A stretch of 64,000 nt of DNA. It comes from Octopus sinensis (Eukaryota). The position numbers and the translations under genes are program-made. Position 1 is the first letter of the stretch. Each line of letters opens with the position of its first letter. The notes beneath the pieces were generated by a model. The model searched no databases, was not told where the DNA came from, and saw nothing but the letters and a program-made list of their open reading frames with translations. Below are positions 40,671 to 52,009 of the stretch, in pieces. The DNA lies in assembly GCF_006345805.1 (NCBI RefSeq), contig NC_043004.1:372001-436000 (forward strand), given 5' to 3'.

Positions 40671-41061
40671 TTAACCCTTTAGCATTCAAACCGGCCACAT
40701 CTGGCCAAAATATTTAACCTGTTTTATATTGAAACTGACCAGATCTCGCCTCTCACCTCAGCCCTACCATGTCGTTCTAAAACTAAAAAATTACATCAAT
40801 GAAATTTCTAAACAAGATAATGCATGATTAATTCAAACCATCCCACTGCTGCCATGTGATTTTTTTGGCGTTAGGAAGGGCATCCAGCTGTAGAAACACT
40901 GCCAGATCTGACTGGTCTGGTGCAGCCTTCGAGCTTGCCAGACCCCAGTTGAACCGTCCAACCCATGCTAGCATGGAAAGCGGACGTTAAACGATGATGA
41001 TGATGATTTTAAATAAACAAACATCACATTTGACAGAATAATCTGAACACTAAAGGGTTAA
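40671..41061. mobile_element. piggyBac-like MITE with TTAA target duplication and a nested RTE tail
   Basis: TTAA-CCCTTTAGCATTCA (40671) ... TGAACACTAAAGGG-TTAA (41061). An RTE tail is inserted at ~40865-41008. Related ends occur at ~33186 and ~42052. Confidence 0.75.
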
Positions 41062-42439
41062 AGTGCCATATCCGGTCTGAATATCCTACTTGTTTTATGG
41101 TCAAACCAGCTAGATCTGACCTCTCGCACATACCCTTCAATGTCATTTTGGAAATAAACTACTGAATCAAACATTTCAAGGTTATGAGATAATGCTTGAT
41201 TAATTCAAGGCAATCTTATAAAATTTCCAGTTTGTTCCTCCGTTACTTAGCCAGTCTGTAACACCTACATGTGATTAGTTGAAGGGGGAATGAGGGAGTG
41301 TAGGGAAGGGGAGGAGAGAGATGGGGAGGGAGAGGTGGTGGTGAGTGAAATGTATATATTTTTTTTAACTGTTTTTTTTTCCACTGTTACTTAACCTATC
41401 TGTAATGCTTTCACAGGATTCTTTGAAGAGAAAGGCAAAGAGGAGAAGAAAAAGGAGAGAGAGAAGGAGGGTAAGACGAAGAGTGAGAGAGAAAGAGGGA
41501 AAGTGTTGTGTATTAAGTCTATAAAGTGTATATATATAAAGTAATAAAAATTAAATGGAATTGTAGTTGTGATACCCGTGTCGGTGACACGTAAAAAGCA
41601 CCAACCGATTGTGACCGCTGCCAGCCTCCTCTGGCCCAAGTGCAGGTGGCACGTAAAAGGCACCCATTACACTCACAGAGTGGTTGGGTTAGGAAGGACA
41701 TCCAGCTGTAGAAACACTGCCAGATCAGATTGGAGCCTGGTGCAGCCTCCTGGCTTCCCAGACCCCGGTCAAACTGTCCAACCCATGCCAGCATGGAAAA
41801 CAAAGGTTAAATGATGGTGATGATGACGATGATGAATCATGTTCCAATTCCCTTCGTTTTTCAACGATTAGCAGATGAGCGATTATCTTTTGATACAGAC
41901 ACAATACAGGCTACGCTCTCAGGTTTTTTGGATAAAGTTTTCAAAAATAACCCAATAAGTTTACCATGAATTGCATGAAATATTCATGGGACCAACTGGT
42001 ACAAATAAATAAGCATTACATTTGACAGAATAATCTGAATACTAAAGGGTTAGACAAAGTTGCCAATGCCAGTGGCACATGGAAATCTCCTTTTGAGTGT
42101 TGGGCATCATGGAGGCAATGACAAATGACCAAGACCTTTGACCTTTGGCATTATGCCATGCTTGAGAAGAAGACCCATCAAGCCAAGTAAAATCGCAGTT
42201 GTGACAGATACTGGTGTCAAGCAAATGGCACCCATACTGGTGGCACATAAAAGCACTCATTGCACTCTTGGAGTGGTTGGCGTTAGGAAAGACATCAAGT
42301 GGTAGAAACCAAGCTAAATCAGATTGGAGTCTAGTGCAGCCTTCCAACTTACCAGCCCAGGTCAAACTGTCCAGGCCCTGCTGGCAAGGACAATGGACAT
42401 TAAATAATGATGATGATGAAGACAGACAGCAGCACTTAC

Positions 42440-42595
42440 CTTAGGCACATACACTTTCTGTTTAAAATCCCATTCATACACGGTCCCATCTTTGTCTGTA
42501 TAAGTAATTGCAGAAGAACTTTCTTGAGGTTCAAGTTTTCCTTGTTTTTCAAGTTCTTGTTGTCGTAGTTGTTCATCAAAATCAGTAGTATCCAT
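42440..42595 (-). CDS. HTATSF1: HTATSF1 orthologue, first coding exon (MDTTDFDEQLRQQEL...TYTDKDGTVYEWDFKQKVYVPK), 156 nt, ends phase 0
   Basis: The translation carries the FDEQLR and YEWD...PK motifs of the HTATSF1 N-terminus. Donor GTAAGT starts at 42439 (minus). Acceptor tttctAG is at 42612-42611. An in-frame TGA lies 6 nt upstream of the ATG, supporting this as the start codon. Confidence 0.9.
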
Positions 42596-42659
42596 CCTTC
42601 AGTTTACATTCTAGAAATGAAAATGGGGGGAAAAAAAAGCCTTCACTAATAACTGAACC

Positions 42660-43362
42660 GCCAAATATAAGTTATAAGGCTTCTACCTTTGTTGGCAACA
42701 AAGGGCCTCTCCTTTAGAGTAAAAAACAGATTGTATGATACCTGTGTCCAAACAGCCATGCTACATGGCAGTGAAACATGGGCTGTGACTGCAGATGACA
42801 TGCAAAGGTTTGAAAGAAATGAATCTAGTATGCTCGGCTGGATGTGCAATGTCAGAGTGCATATACACCAATGTAAGCGTCTTAAGAGAAAAATTGGGAG
42901 CAAGGGGCATCAGATGTTGTGTGCAAGAGTGGCAACTGCACTGGTATGATCATGTAATGTATATGGATGAGTACAGCTGTACAAAGAAGTGCTGATGTCT
43001 AACTGTGGAAGATACCTGCGGAAGAGGTAGACCCAGGAAGTTATGAGACGAGGTGGTGAGGCATGATCTTCGAATGTTGGGTCTCACAGAGGCAATGACA
43101 AATGATTGTGACCTTTGACGCTTTGCTGTGTTTGAGAAGGCTTGTCAAGCCAGGTTAGTGCCAGTGACACGAAAAAGCACCCATGCCAGTGGCACGTTAT
43201 AGGCTCTCACTACATTTTGGAGTGGTTGGAGTTAGGAAGGGCATCCAGCTGTAGAACCTAAGCCAAAATTAGACTGGAACCTGGAGAAGTTCTCCAGCTT
43301 CCCGGTTCCAGTCAAACCATCGAACCCTGGCTAGCATGGAAAGCAGACACTAAATGATGATG
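42660..43362 (+). mobile_element. RTE LINE 3' ORF fragment continuous with the (GAT)n-tailed 3' UTR
   Basis: RLYDTCVQTAMLHGSETW and LHWYDHV run directly into the repeated tail (ggttggagttaggaagggcatccagctgtagaa...ttaaatgatgatg). This shows the abundant tail repeat is an RTE 3' end. Confidence 0.8.
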
Positions 43363-46109
43363 GGTGTGAGTGTGGTGGTGTGGTATGAAATTTGCTTCCC
43401 AACCACATGATTTCAGGTTCAGTCCCACTGCATGGCTTAGGCAAGGGTCTTCTACTATAGCCTCGGTCTAACCAAAGCTTTGCAAATGAACTTGGTAGCT
43501 TGAAACTGAATGATATAGACAGAGTGTGTGTGTGGTGTGTTGTGTATGCATATATACATGTGTGTGTGTGTGTGTGTGTGTGTATAAGAGACCAAAGTGT
43601 ACATACACCGCGATATGTATATAAAAAGGAATACAAAAAAGGGTCAAGAACGCAAAACATCCAGACAACTAGATGATACAAAAAAGGGGATAAGAAAAAA
43701 CACGGACGAGTCATTTTTTTCTGTCCGTATAATCAGCTGAAATTGCAAAGATAATCTGGAACTTGACTGAAGAAAGAAAACTTCAAATGACCCATCCGGG
43801 TTTTTTCTTGTCCCTTTATTTTATCATGTCTGGATATTTTGTAGCTGTCTGGATGTTTTGCATTCTTGACCGATTTTTTGTATTCCTTTGTATATATATA
43901 TATACACACACACATACACACCACACACACAATATTTAGACACGGGTAAACACAAGCGCAAAAATGTACGTACACACACAACAGGCTCTTTTCAGATTCC
44001 GTCTACCAAATCCACACGAAAGAAGGCTTTGCTCAGTCCAAGAGTAAAAGGCAAATGCCAAAGATGCTGAACCCAAAACCACGCATTTGGCAAGCAAGCT
44101 TCTGAACCATACAGCAACATCTATCAAAGTGTAGATAACATTTTTTTTTCTGACATCACTAAAAATATGGCTGAATTCAGCTGAGTATATGACAAGTATT
44201 TATTGCTTCTGAGTATATGACAAGTATTTATTGCTTCAACCATGGGAAGAAGAGAAAGTTGACAGTACTTCCACTTGGCAGGTAGAAATCCAATTAAGCT
44301 TAGACTATCAGAAAACCATGAGTGAGGGTTTTGACAATAAACCCAACATAACGGCTACTCTAATGTATGGAGTTACTTCCCTTTAATTTTCGAAATTTCG
44401 AAAGATGTAATGTCCGCTTCAGTATTAAAATCATACTTTTTATATATGGAATAAAAAAAATAGTTAACAGTAGTAATAGCAGTAGTTAATAGAATGAGCA
44501 CCAGAGATATGAAAGCTCCCGAGAAGTTCTTGGTTTCTTCTGTTACCTGAGTGATCTTAATTAACAATGGAGGTGAATGCTCCTAAAGCATTAGAGCCAA
44601 AGCTAAGATTAGGGTAGGAAAAGTTTAGGGAGTTTAACTCTGCTGGCAGCAAAGAGACTCTCTCTCTCTCTCTCACTCTCTGTTTATCTATCTATCTATC
44701 TATCTATCACTATCTCTCAGTAGATTGTATAATGTTTGTGTACAAAGTATGATGAGAAAACATGCTCACTGAAAGCAGATGTGCAAAGGATGGAAAGAAA
44801 TGAAATGATGGGTGGCAGAAGCTGACTGACTCTCATACACAATGGGACAAATGAACAAATAACGATCAAGACGACAGCAACAAACATGAAATAACAGATT
44901 CGTTATGTAGAGAGCCTCCATGCAGTCATTCAACCTCCTAGAAGTAACAGCTAAATCACCCTCAAATCACACTAGTCTTAAAGATACTGGGTTGTCAGAT
45001 AAATTTGTTGGGTTTATTTCTCTATGTGGTAAGTTTTCTCCCCAATCAAATAGTTCCAGGTTCAGTCCCACTGCATGGTACCTTGCGCAAGTGTCTTCTA
45101 CTATAGCCTCGAACTGACCAAACCCTTGTGAGTAGATTTGGTAAAAGGAAACTGAAAGAAACCTGTCATGTGTGTGTATATATATATATATATGTGTGTG
45201 TGTGGGGGGGGGGGTATATATATGTATATATATACATATATATCATCGTCATTTAACGTCCATTGTCCATGCTGGCATGGGTTGGACGGTTTGACTGGGC
45301 TGGCACACTGGAAGGCTGCACCAGGCTCCAGTCTGATTTGGCATAGTTTTCTATCATTGGATGCCCTTCCTAATGCCAACCACTCTGAGAGTGTAATAGG
45401 TGTTTTTACATGCCACCGGCACAGATGCCCTTTGACTGACACCAATATCTGCCATGACTGTGATTTTGCTCAGCCTGATGGGTCTTCTTCTCAAGCATGA
45501 TATAATGCCAAAGGTCTTGGTCATTGCCTCCGTGAGGCCCAACAATATATATATATATATATTATGACATGTCCTTCTGTCTGTGTTTGTCCCCCGCCAC
45601 TGCCTGGCAACTGGTATTGATGTGTTTTCATTCCTGTAACTTAGTAGTTCAACAAATGTAACCAACAGAATAAGTACCAGGCTTTAGAAAATGAAGAACC
45701 AGGTTCAGTTTGTTTGACTAAAGTTCTTCAAGGCAGTGCCCCAGCATGGCCGTGGTCTGACTGAAACAAGTAAAAGATAAAAGAATCACATCTGACTTCT
45801 CAAACATAAACTGGTATTTTTTAGATTATTTGGGGTTAAGGGTTTCACAGTCTATCAGTAATATACTTAACAATTCTTGTCTGAGTCAAACTACCAAAAC
45901 AGGTGCAATTAAACAGCTACACTTCACTGGTGTAAACAGTGGGAGCACTGATCAGCTAATGTTGCATTAGATTATAGTTCTAAGTCATTTTAAAAGAGCT
46001 CATACCAAGATACCCAACTTAGCTCAATTTTACAGCTGTTATGTCTAAGAGACCTCAACATAAATGATCTTACTAAAGCTTCTAGGGATAAATGTAATTA
46101 TATTACATA

Positions 46110-46420
46110 GAGAAGACTTCATCGTCCTCGTGTGGCTTCCTTGTCTCTTTTCTATAAGTATTTTCATGGACATAGTTCAGCTGAGCTCCCTTCTCTGCTT
46201 CCTCCTTTAAAAACTTATCAGCGATCAACTAGAAATGCATCCAGTTCTCATCACTATACTGTGCAACCTCCTAAGTGTTGTAAAGCACTTTACACTACCA
46301 GTTTCTTCCCTCGCACCACTGCACTTTGGAATTTCTTTCCAAAGTCTTGTTTTCCTCTTCAATATGACCTCCAGCCTTCTAAGTCTAATGTACATCGTCA
46401 CTTATTGACTTCTGTCTAGC
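46110..46420 (+). mobile_element. L2/CR1-group LINE RT C-terminal fragment (a different family)
   Basis: RRVASLSLFYKYFHG...SFFPRTTALWN is a typical post-RT C-terminal motif of L2/Crack/Daphne-type LINEs. Confidence 0.7.
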
Positions 46421-47194
46421 ATCCATTTTATTCTAGTAGCTCTTACATTTTCAGTGGTCTAAGGACTTTGTAACAAGCAAATGCTTTAATTAAAATAAAA
46501 AAAAAGGAGCTGTCCATCTAAGTCAAGAGTTCTCAGCTGGGGTCCATATGACCCTTAGGAATCTATATAAGATTGCAGAGGGGCATGCAAGCAAAATAGT
46601 AAATCAGGGATCCACAGTAGAGCAAGGAATTTTTTTCTAATATTTTAAATAGTTTAACATGCTTCTGGAAACTGAAACATGTTTTCCAGAAAATGCTTAT
46701 TCAAACCTACATAAGTGAATGTGTGAAAAACAAAATGGGAATTTTGAAAGACGGAACTATAAACTAAACTTTAAAAACTGAATGGTTGTTGGGGTCTGCC
46801 AGAATAACAACAACCTGTTAAGTTACAGGGATGTAAACACACCAATGCTGGTTGTCAAGCAGTGGAAAAAGAACAACAGGCTTCTTTCAGTTTCTGTAGA
46901 AGATACTTGTCGAAGATGCCATACAGCAGGATTGAACATAGAACCATGTGGTTGGGAAGCAAGTATCTTACCACACAGCCATGCCTGCATCTATGAGAAC
47001 CAGTTTTTAATAAATTTTAAAAGGGTTGCTGTGGAACTGTCAGTGAAGAAGATATGAAGAACATTTCAAGTTAATTTAACAGTTTTGAGTTATTCACTAG
47101 AACAGTTTTCTACAATATTATAATTGTTTCAGTAACAATACACAGTCTCAGATGAAGTCAACTGTGAAGTACATTGAAAATAGTAAATGAATAA

Positions 47195-47870
47195 CACAGC
47201 GCCGCCTGACTGGCTCCCATGCCAGTGGCACGTAAAAAGCACCATTCAAGCATGGTCGTTACCAGTGCCACCTGACTGGCTCCCATGCTGGTGGCACATA
47301 AAAAGCACCATTTGAGTGTGGTCCTTGCTAGTGCCGCCTGACTGGCTCCTGTGCTGGTGGCACGTAAAAAGCACCATTCAAGTATGGTCGTTACCAGTGC
47401 CACCTGACTGGCTCCCATGCTGGTGGCACATAAAAAGCACCATTTGAGTGTGGTCCTAGCTAGTGCAGCCGGACTGGCTCAAGTGCTGGTGGCACGTAAA
47501 AAGCACCATTCAAGCATGGTCGTTGCCAATGCCACCTGACTGGCTCACATGCCAGTGGCACATAAAAAGCACCATTTGAGCGTGGTCAATGCCAGTGCCG
47601 CCTAACTGGCTCTGATGCTGGTGGCATGAAAAAAGCACTATTCAAGCATGGTCGTTGCCAGTGCTGCCTGACTGGCCCTCATGCTGGTGGAATGTAAAAA
47701 GCACCCACTACACTCTTGAGTGGTTGGCATTAAGAAAGGCATCCAGCTACAGAAACCTTGCCAGATCAGATTGGAACCTGGTGCAGCCTCCTGGTTTGCC
47801 AGTCCTCAATCAAACCGTCCAACCCATGCCAGCAAGGGAAAGCCGACGTTAAATGATGATGATGATGAGT
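47195..47870 (+). repeat. RTE tail with 7-8 tandem 66-bp modules alternating A/B
   Basis: The taaaaagcacc anchor falls at 47233, 47299, 47365, 47431, 47497, 47563, 47629 and 47695 (exact 66-bp spacing). Confidence 0.9.
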
Positions 47871-48616
47871 TTTAGAGCAAGCCAAACAGTACACAAATAT
47901 AGACTGTTTAATTACTTTTGATAAAGTATGGTCCCACAGTTTCAGCAAAACTATCAATGTGTTGTTAAGAAGCTCTCTAGGGAAACATATGGACTCAGGA
48001 TCAGTCCCACTGTGTGACACCTTGAGCGAGTGTCTTCAACTATAACCCAAAGCCAACTAAAGCCCACTGTGTGTGTGTGTGTGTGTGTGTGGTGAGTGTG
48101 TGTCCTACCACTTCTTGACAACCAGTGCTGGTTTATTTATGTCCTTGTAACCTGGCAGTTTGACAAAAATGACTGTTATAGGATAAGCACCAAATTTTAA
48201 AATAATTAGTGGTTGGGTGATCTGTTCAGCTAAAGCCTCCAAGGTGGTGCCCCAGCGTGGCCACAGTACCACCAAAACAAGTAAAAGATTTAAGTTATCA
48301 CTGAATGTAATAACCAACTAATGAAGCAGTCTCTATATGGACTTTATTTCATAATTTGGTCTGAAGGATTAAATGTTCCTACGGCCTTCACAGGTCCTCC
48401 AAGACCAGTGAGTATCTTGGAAGCATTTCTTAAGTCGACAATTGCTGGAAAACATTAAAACTGAGTATTCGAAAGGGTTGATGTTCTAGGTAAGGATAAC
48501 AAGGCATGGTAATGAATGAGGAGCTTAGAGGATGGGGTAACAAGAGAAGGTGTGAATGATTAAGGTGAGACTTGCTGGAAGGTGGTACAATATCAGACAG
48601 TCTGAGAATCAAAGGT

Positions 48617-48760
48617 TACATTATTCATAATGGACAAATATTTGTCCTCATCTTGTTTGTTGTTATCACAATGTTTCGGCTGATGTATTCTCCAGCCTTG
48701 ATCAGGTGTTCTGGTGGAATTTTGAACCCAACCCTTGATTTGACTAATAGGGTACACTAT
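48617..48760 (-). mobile_element. Penelope-like terminal fragment with degenerate hammerhead (48667-48708)
   Basis: The minus strand reads CAC-CUGAUCA-A-GGCUG(gagaauacau)CAGCC-GAAA-CAUU-GUG. It is an inverted homologue of 49430-49576. Confidence 0.6.
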
Positions 48761-49429
48761 GCCCATGGGCATATAGCGATGACAAAAGAGCGAGACCTCT
48801 GGAGATATGCTATGACTGAGAAGACCCAGCAAATAAAGTGAGTTCACAGCTGTAACCTACACCAGTCTCGCATAACCAGCCCACTCAAAAAGTACCTTGG
48901 ATCGTAGGGCGACATGCCATGCTTGAGGAGACCTATTGGGTCAAATACATCAAAACCAAAATCAAATGGAAATTGTAGTTGTGATCCTCATGCTGGTGGT
49001 ACGTAAAAAGCACCATCCAAACGTGGACGATACCTGCGCCGCCTTGACTGGCTTCCATGCCAGTGGCACATAAAAAGCACCAACCGATCGTGGTCGTTGT
49101 CAGCCCGATCTGGCCCCTATGCAGTGGCACGTAAAAAGCACCCACTACACTCATGGAGTGGTTGACATTAGGAAGGGCATCCAGCTGTAGAAGCACTGTC
49201 AGATCAGACTGGAGCCTGGTGCAGCCTCCTGGCTTCCCAGACCCCAGTCGAACCGGCCACTCCATGCCAGCATGGAAAACAATCGTTGAACGATGATAAT
49301 GATCATCATGATCATGATCATGATAAGAATGCGAGCTTCTAACCCTTGGATTCTTAGTTCAATCCTAGTCAGGGACTTGAAAAATAATATCAACAGAAAA
49401 ATAACATCAGCAACATACCTGATGAATGA

Positions 49430-49576
49430 GAACAGTATACCCCATTAGTCAAATAAAGGGTTGGGTTTGAAATTCCACTAGAACACCTTATGAAGGCTGG
49501 AGAATACATCAGCCGAAACGTTGTGATAACAACAAACAAGATGAGGACAAATATCCATCCCTTGTAAATAATGTAA
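49430..49576 (+). mobile_element. Penelope-like terminal fragment with degenerate hammerhead (49484-49525)
   Basis: The plus strand reads CAC-CUUAUGA-A-GGCUG(gagaauacau)CAGCC-GAAA-CGUU-GUG. It is an inverted homologue of 48617-48760. Confidence 0.6.
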
Positions 49577-49779
49577 TTCCTCATCCCAAAAATGAAGAAT
49601 AATATAATTAAAGGTTACTCTAATAGTCTAACGGCAGAGGAGACAGATCTGTGAGAGGTTGGAGTGAGAACCCTACTAACCACCTGGGTGGTTGGTTTTT
49701 TTTTTAGGAAATAGCAGCCTAATATCCCCCAAATCATGAAAAAATTAGTGGTGGATTTTGCTAAATATAATCCTGGATA

Positions 49780-50425
49780 CACGAAATGGCGGGATGGCCA
49801 TAGATGGAACGTCACTGATCAGGGATCCGCACTATCAAGCCGGTTTAGGACTAAACAAAACATGATACGAAATCTATGCTGAAAATATAATGATGTTACG
49901 TATCGATGATAAATAAAAATAATTGCGATCGGACAGCCGTGAGTATTTGCGTCATTCCATTCATAAGCTTTGGATATAAACAATGAGGAACTGTCCCGGC
50001 ACCTGACGCCGTCGAAATAAATGGTCCAACACGTGAATTTATTTATTATTGCAACAGAATGTGGTGAGTGGGAAGCTCTGCCAGTAGGAAAGTTACGAGC
50101 ATCATACGATGCGACTTTGCTGTTGTGAATCTTGTTGTGGATGCCAAAAAGACGTCATTCTTGTTAAACAATGTCGCGGTGGACGTAGAATGAACAGAAT
50201 CTTTTAACCAACAAAGTTTGCGTTCGGGTTTCGATTCCTGATTGCAACCATTCGCACTTACGCCGCTCATAGCTCTAAAGAAGGTATGAATTCCACAGAA
50301 TCTCATTCCCCTTTCCTTAAACAACCGAATACTTGTGCTTCTACACGATATTATTATTATGCAATACAATACACGCAACAGAGAAAAAACCCATTGCCTT
50401 TTACGTTTAGAGCTTCCGGAATGAA
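49780..50425. promoter_or_regulatory. Probable housekeeping-type promoter region / 5' end of HTATSF1
   Basis: Repeat-free and visibly richer in CpG than its surroundings. It contains an ETS-like CTTCCGGA (50413-50420), YY1-like GAAATGGCGG (49783), DRE-like TATCGATG (49901), CRE-like GACGTCA (~50151), E-box CACGTG (~50030), and a minus-strand donor GTAAGT at 50261. The motifs are seen in the sequence; promoter function is inference. Confidence 0.5.
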
Positions 50426-52009
50426 ATAAAAAAAACGAAAAATGTATAAATATATAGCTTAAATGTTTGCTTGTTAAATTTGACGTCTATTTTGAGATTA
50501 TTTCAAACATTGAAACAAAATAACATGAGAATTTGATTATATTTACCAGACACCAAAGTATTTATATTTAGACCTCAGCCATGATTGTAATACATACGGT
50601 AGTCGTAAAATAGAGTTTCGAATTAAAATTTAGGATTTGTCTCAGATATAACACAGAATTATTATGGCATAAATCGCGATAAATCTAAATTTTTGAAATG
50701 CTAAAAATATGTTTATTTTATTTATTTCATGGCTATGGGGAAATTTAAGATCTAACGATATGCCAAAAATTAGATTATACAGGGGAAATAACTACGATGG
50801 AAATGAACAAAAGTCGTGTTGAGTTAATTAATTAAATGATAATTAATTACGAGAAGTGCGAGATGGACATAACAGTTATTTCCCTTGTCCTATTGTCCTT
50901 TCTATTATAGGCACAAGGCCTGAAATTTGGGGGAAGAGGAGGATAATCGATTACATCGACTCCAGTACTCAACTGGTACTTAATTTATCGACCCCGAAAG
51001 AATGAAAGGCAAAGTCGACCTCGGCGGAATTTGAACTCAGAATGTAACGACAGACGAAATACCGCTAAACATTTCACCCGGCGCGCTTAACGTGTCTGCC
51101 AGCTCGTCGCCTTTCTCTTGTCCTATTGTCGTTTGTCGACTTGCATAAGTTCTGACCTTCTATTAATAACTGTACCGTAACTCTATTCATGTTGTTATCT
51201 ATTCCTGCTATGTATGTCTTAGTCAGGGCTGAACTACACAACTGTGCTCCTGCGATTCCTGGAATTTGTTACATGAATATTTCTTAGTGGTGGTAAAGAA
51301 TACGCACACCACCCGTTTTCGACGTAACGAAAACCCTTACCCTAAACACCGGTGTGCGTATTCTTTACTTTCGCCTATTTCTTTTAATGAAATTTCCCAG
51401 GGCAAGAATTCCTTTTGTACCCCAGCTCCCAAAAGGAAAAGCACCCCTTTTAACCCTTTTTTTATTTAATTTTTTTTTTACACATACGAATCTAAAAACA
51501 TTGGCAAAATTCGGCATTGTTTAATTACCCCTCCCACCCCCTAATTTTTCATTTTTTACTTTTTTCAGAATTTTTTTTTTTTTTGAAATTGCGGAAAAAT
51601 ACGGAGATTATGATTCTGAAAAAAAATTCCAAAAATTTTTCTAGTCAGGGTTAGGGGTTATGGTTTTTGAGTGTTAGGGTTAGGGTTACGGTTAGGGAAA
51701 AAAGTGAAAAATGAAGAAATTGGGGGGAAGGAGGGAGCCAGATATTTCAAAATTCCGATTTTTTTGGCAATTTTCCGGAATCTTTGTATCTGAAAACGGG
51801 GGGTTTTGGCAAATAAAATAAAATAAAATAAAATAATTTGCGAGAAAATTGCGGGGACGGGAAGAAGTCTTTCCTTTCCCAGGCCTGCGGCATACCAAAG
51901 ATCTATATTAACAAATTCACTTCCGATAATCTTTTTGGTTTTAATAACGATGATTCTTTTATTCTTTTACTTGTTTCAGTCATGTGACTGTGTCCATGCT
52001 GGAGCACCG

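Noticed and set aside
47195-47705. CRISPR-like look (constant core plus variable middle at a fixed period); also at 11.6-14.3 kb
   Set aside because: The 'spacers' are homologous to each other, the array is embedded in a eukaryotic RTE tail, and there are no cas genes or leader.
50046-50378. 110-aa minus-strand ORF over the promoter-like region
   Set aside because: No recognisable domain. It is better explained as 5' exon plus intron sequence.
51648-51698. True telomere or chromosome-fusion site
   Set aside because: There are only a few degenerate TTAGGG units in a noisy interstitial context.
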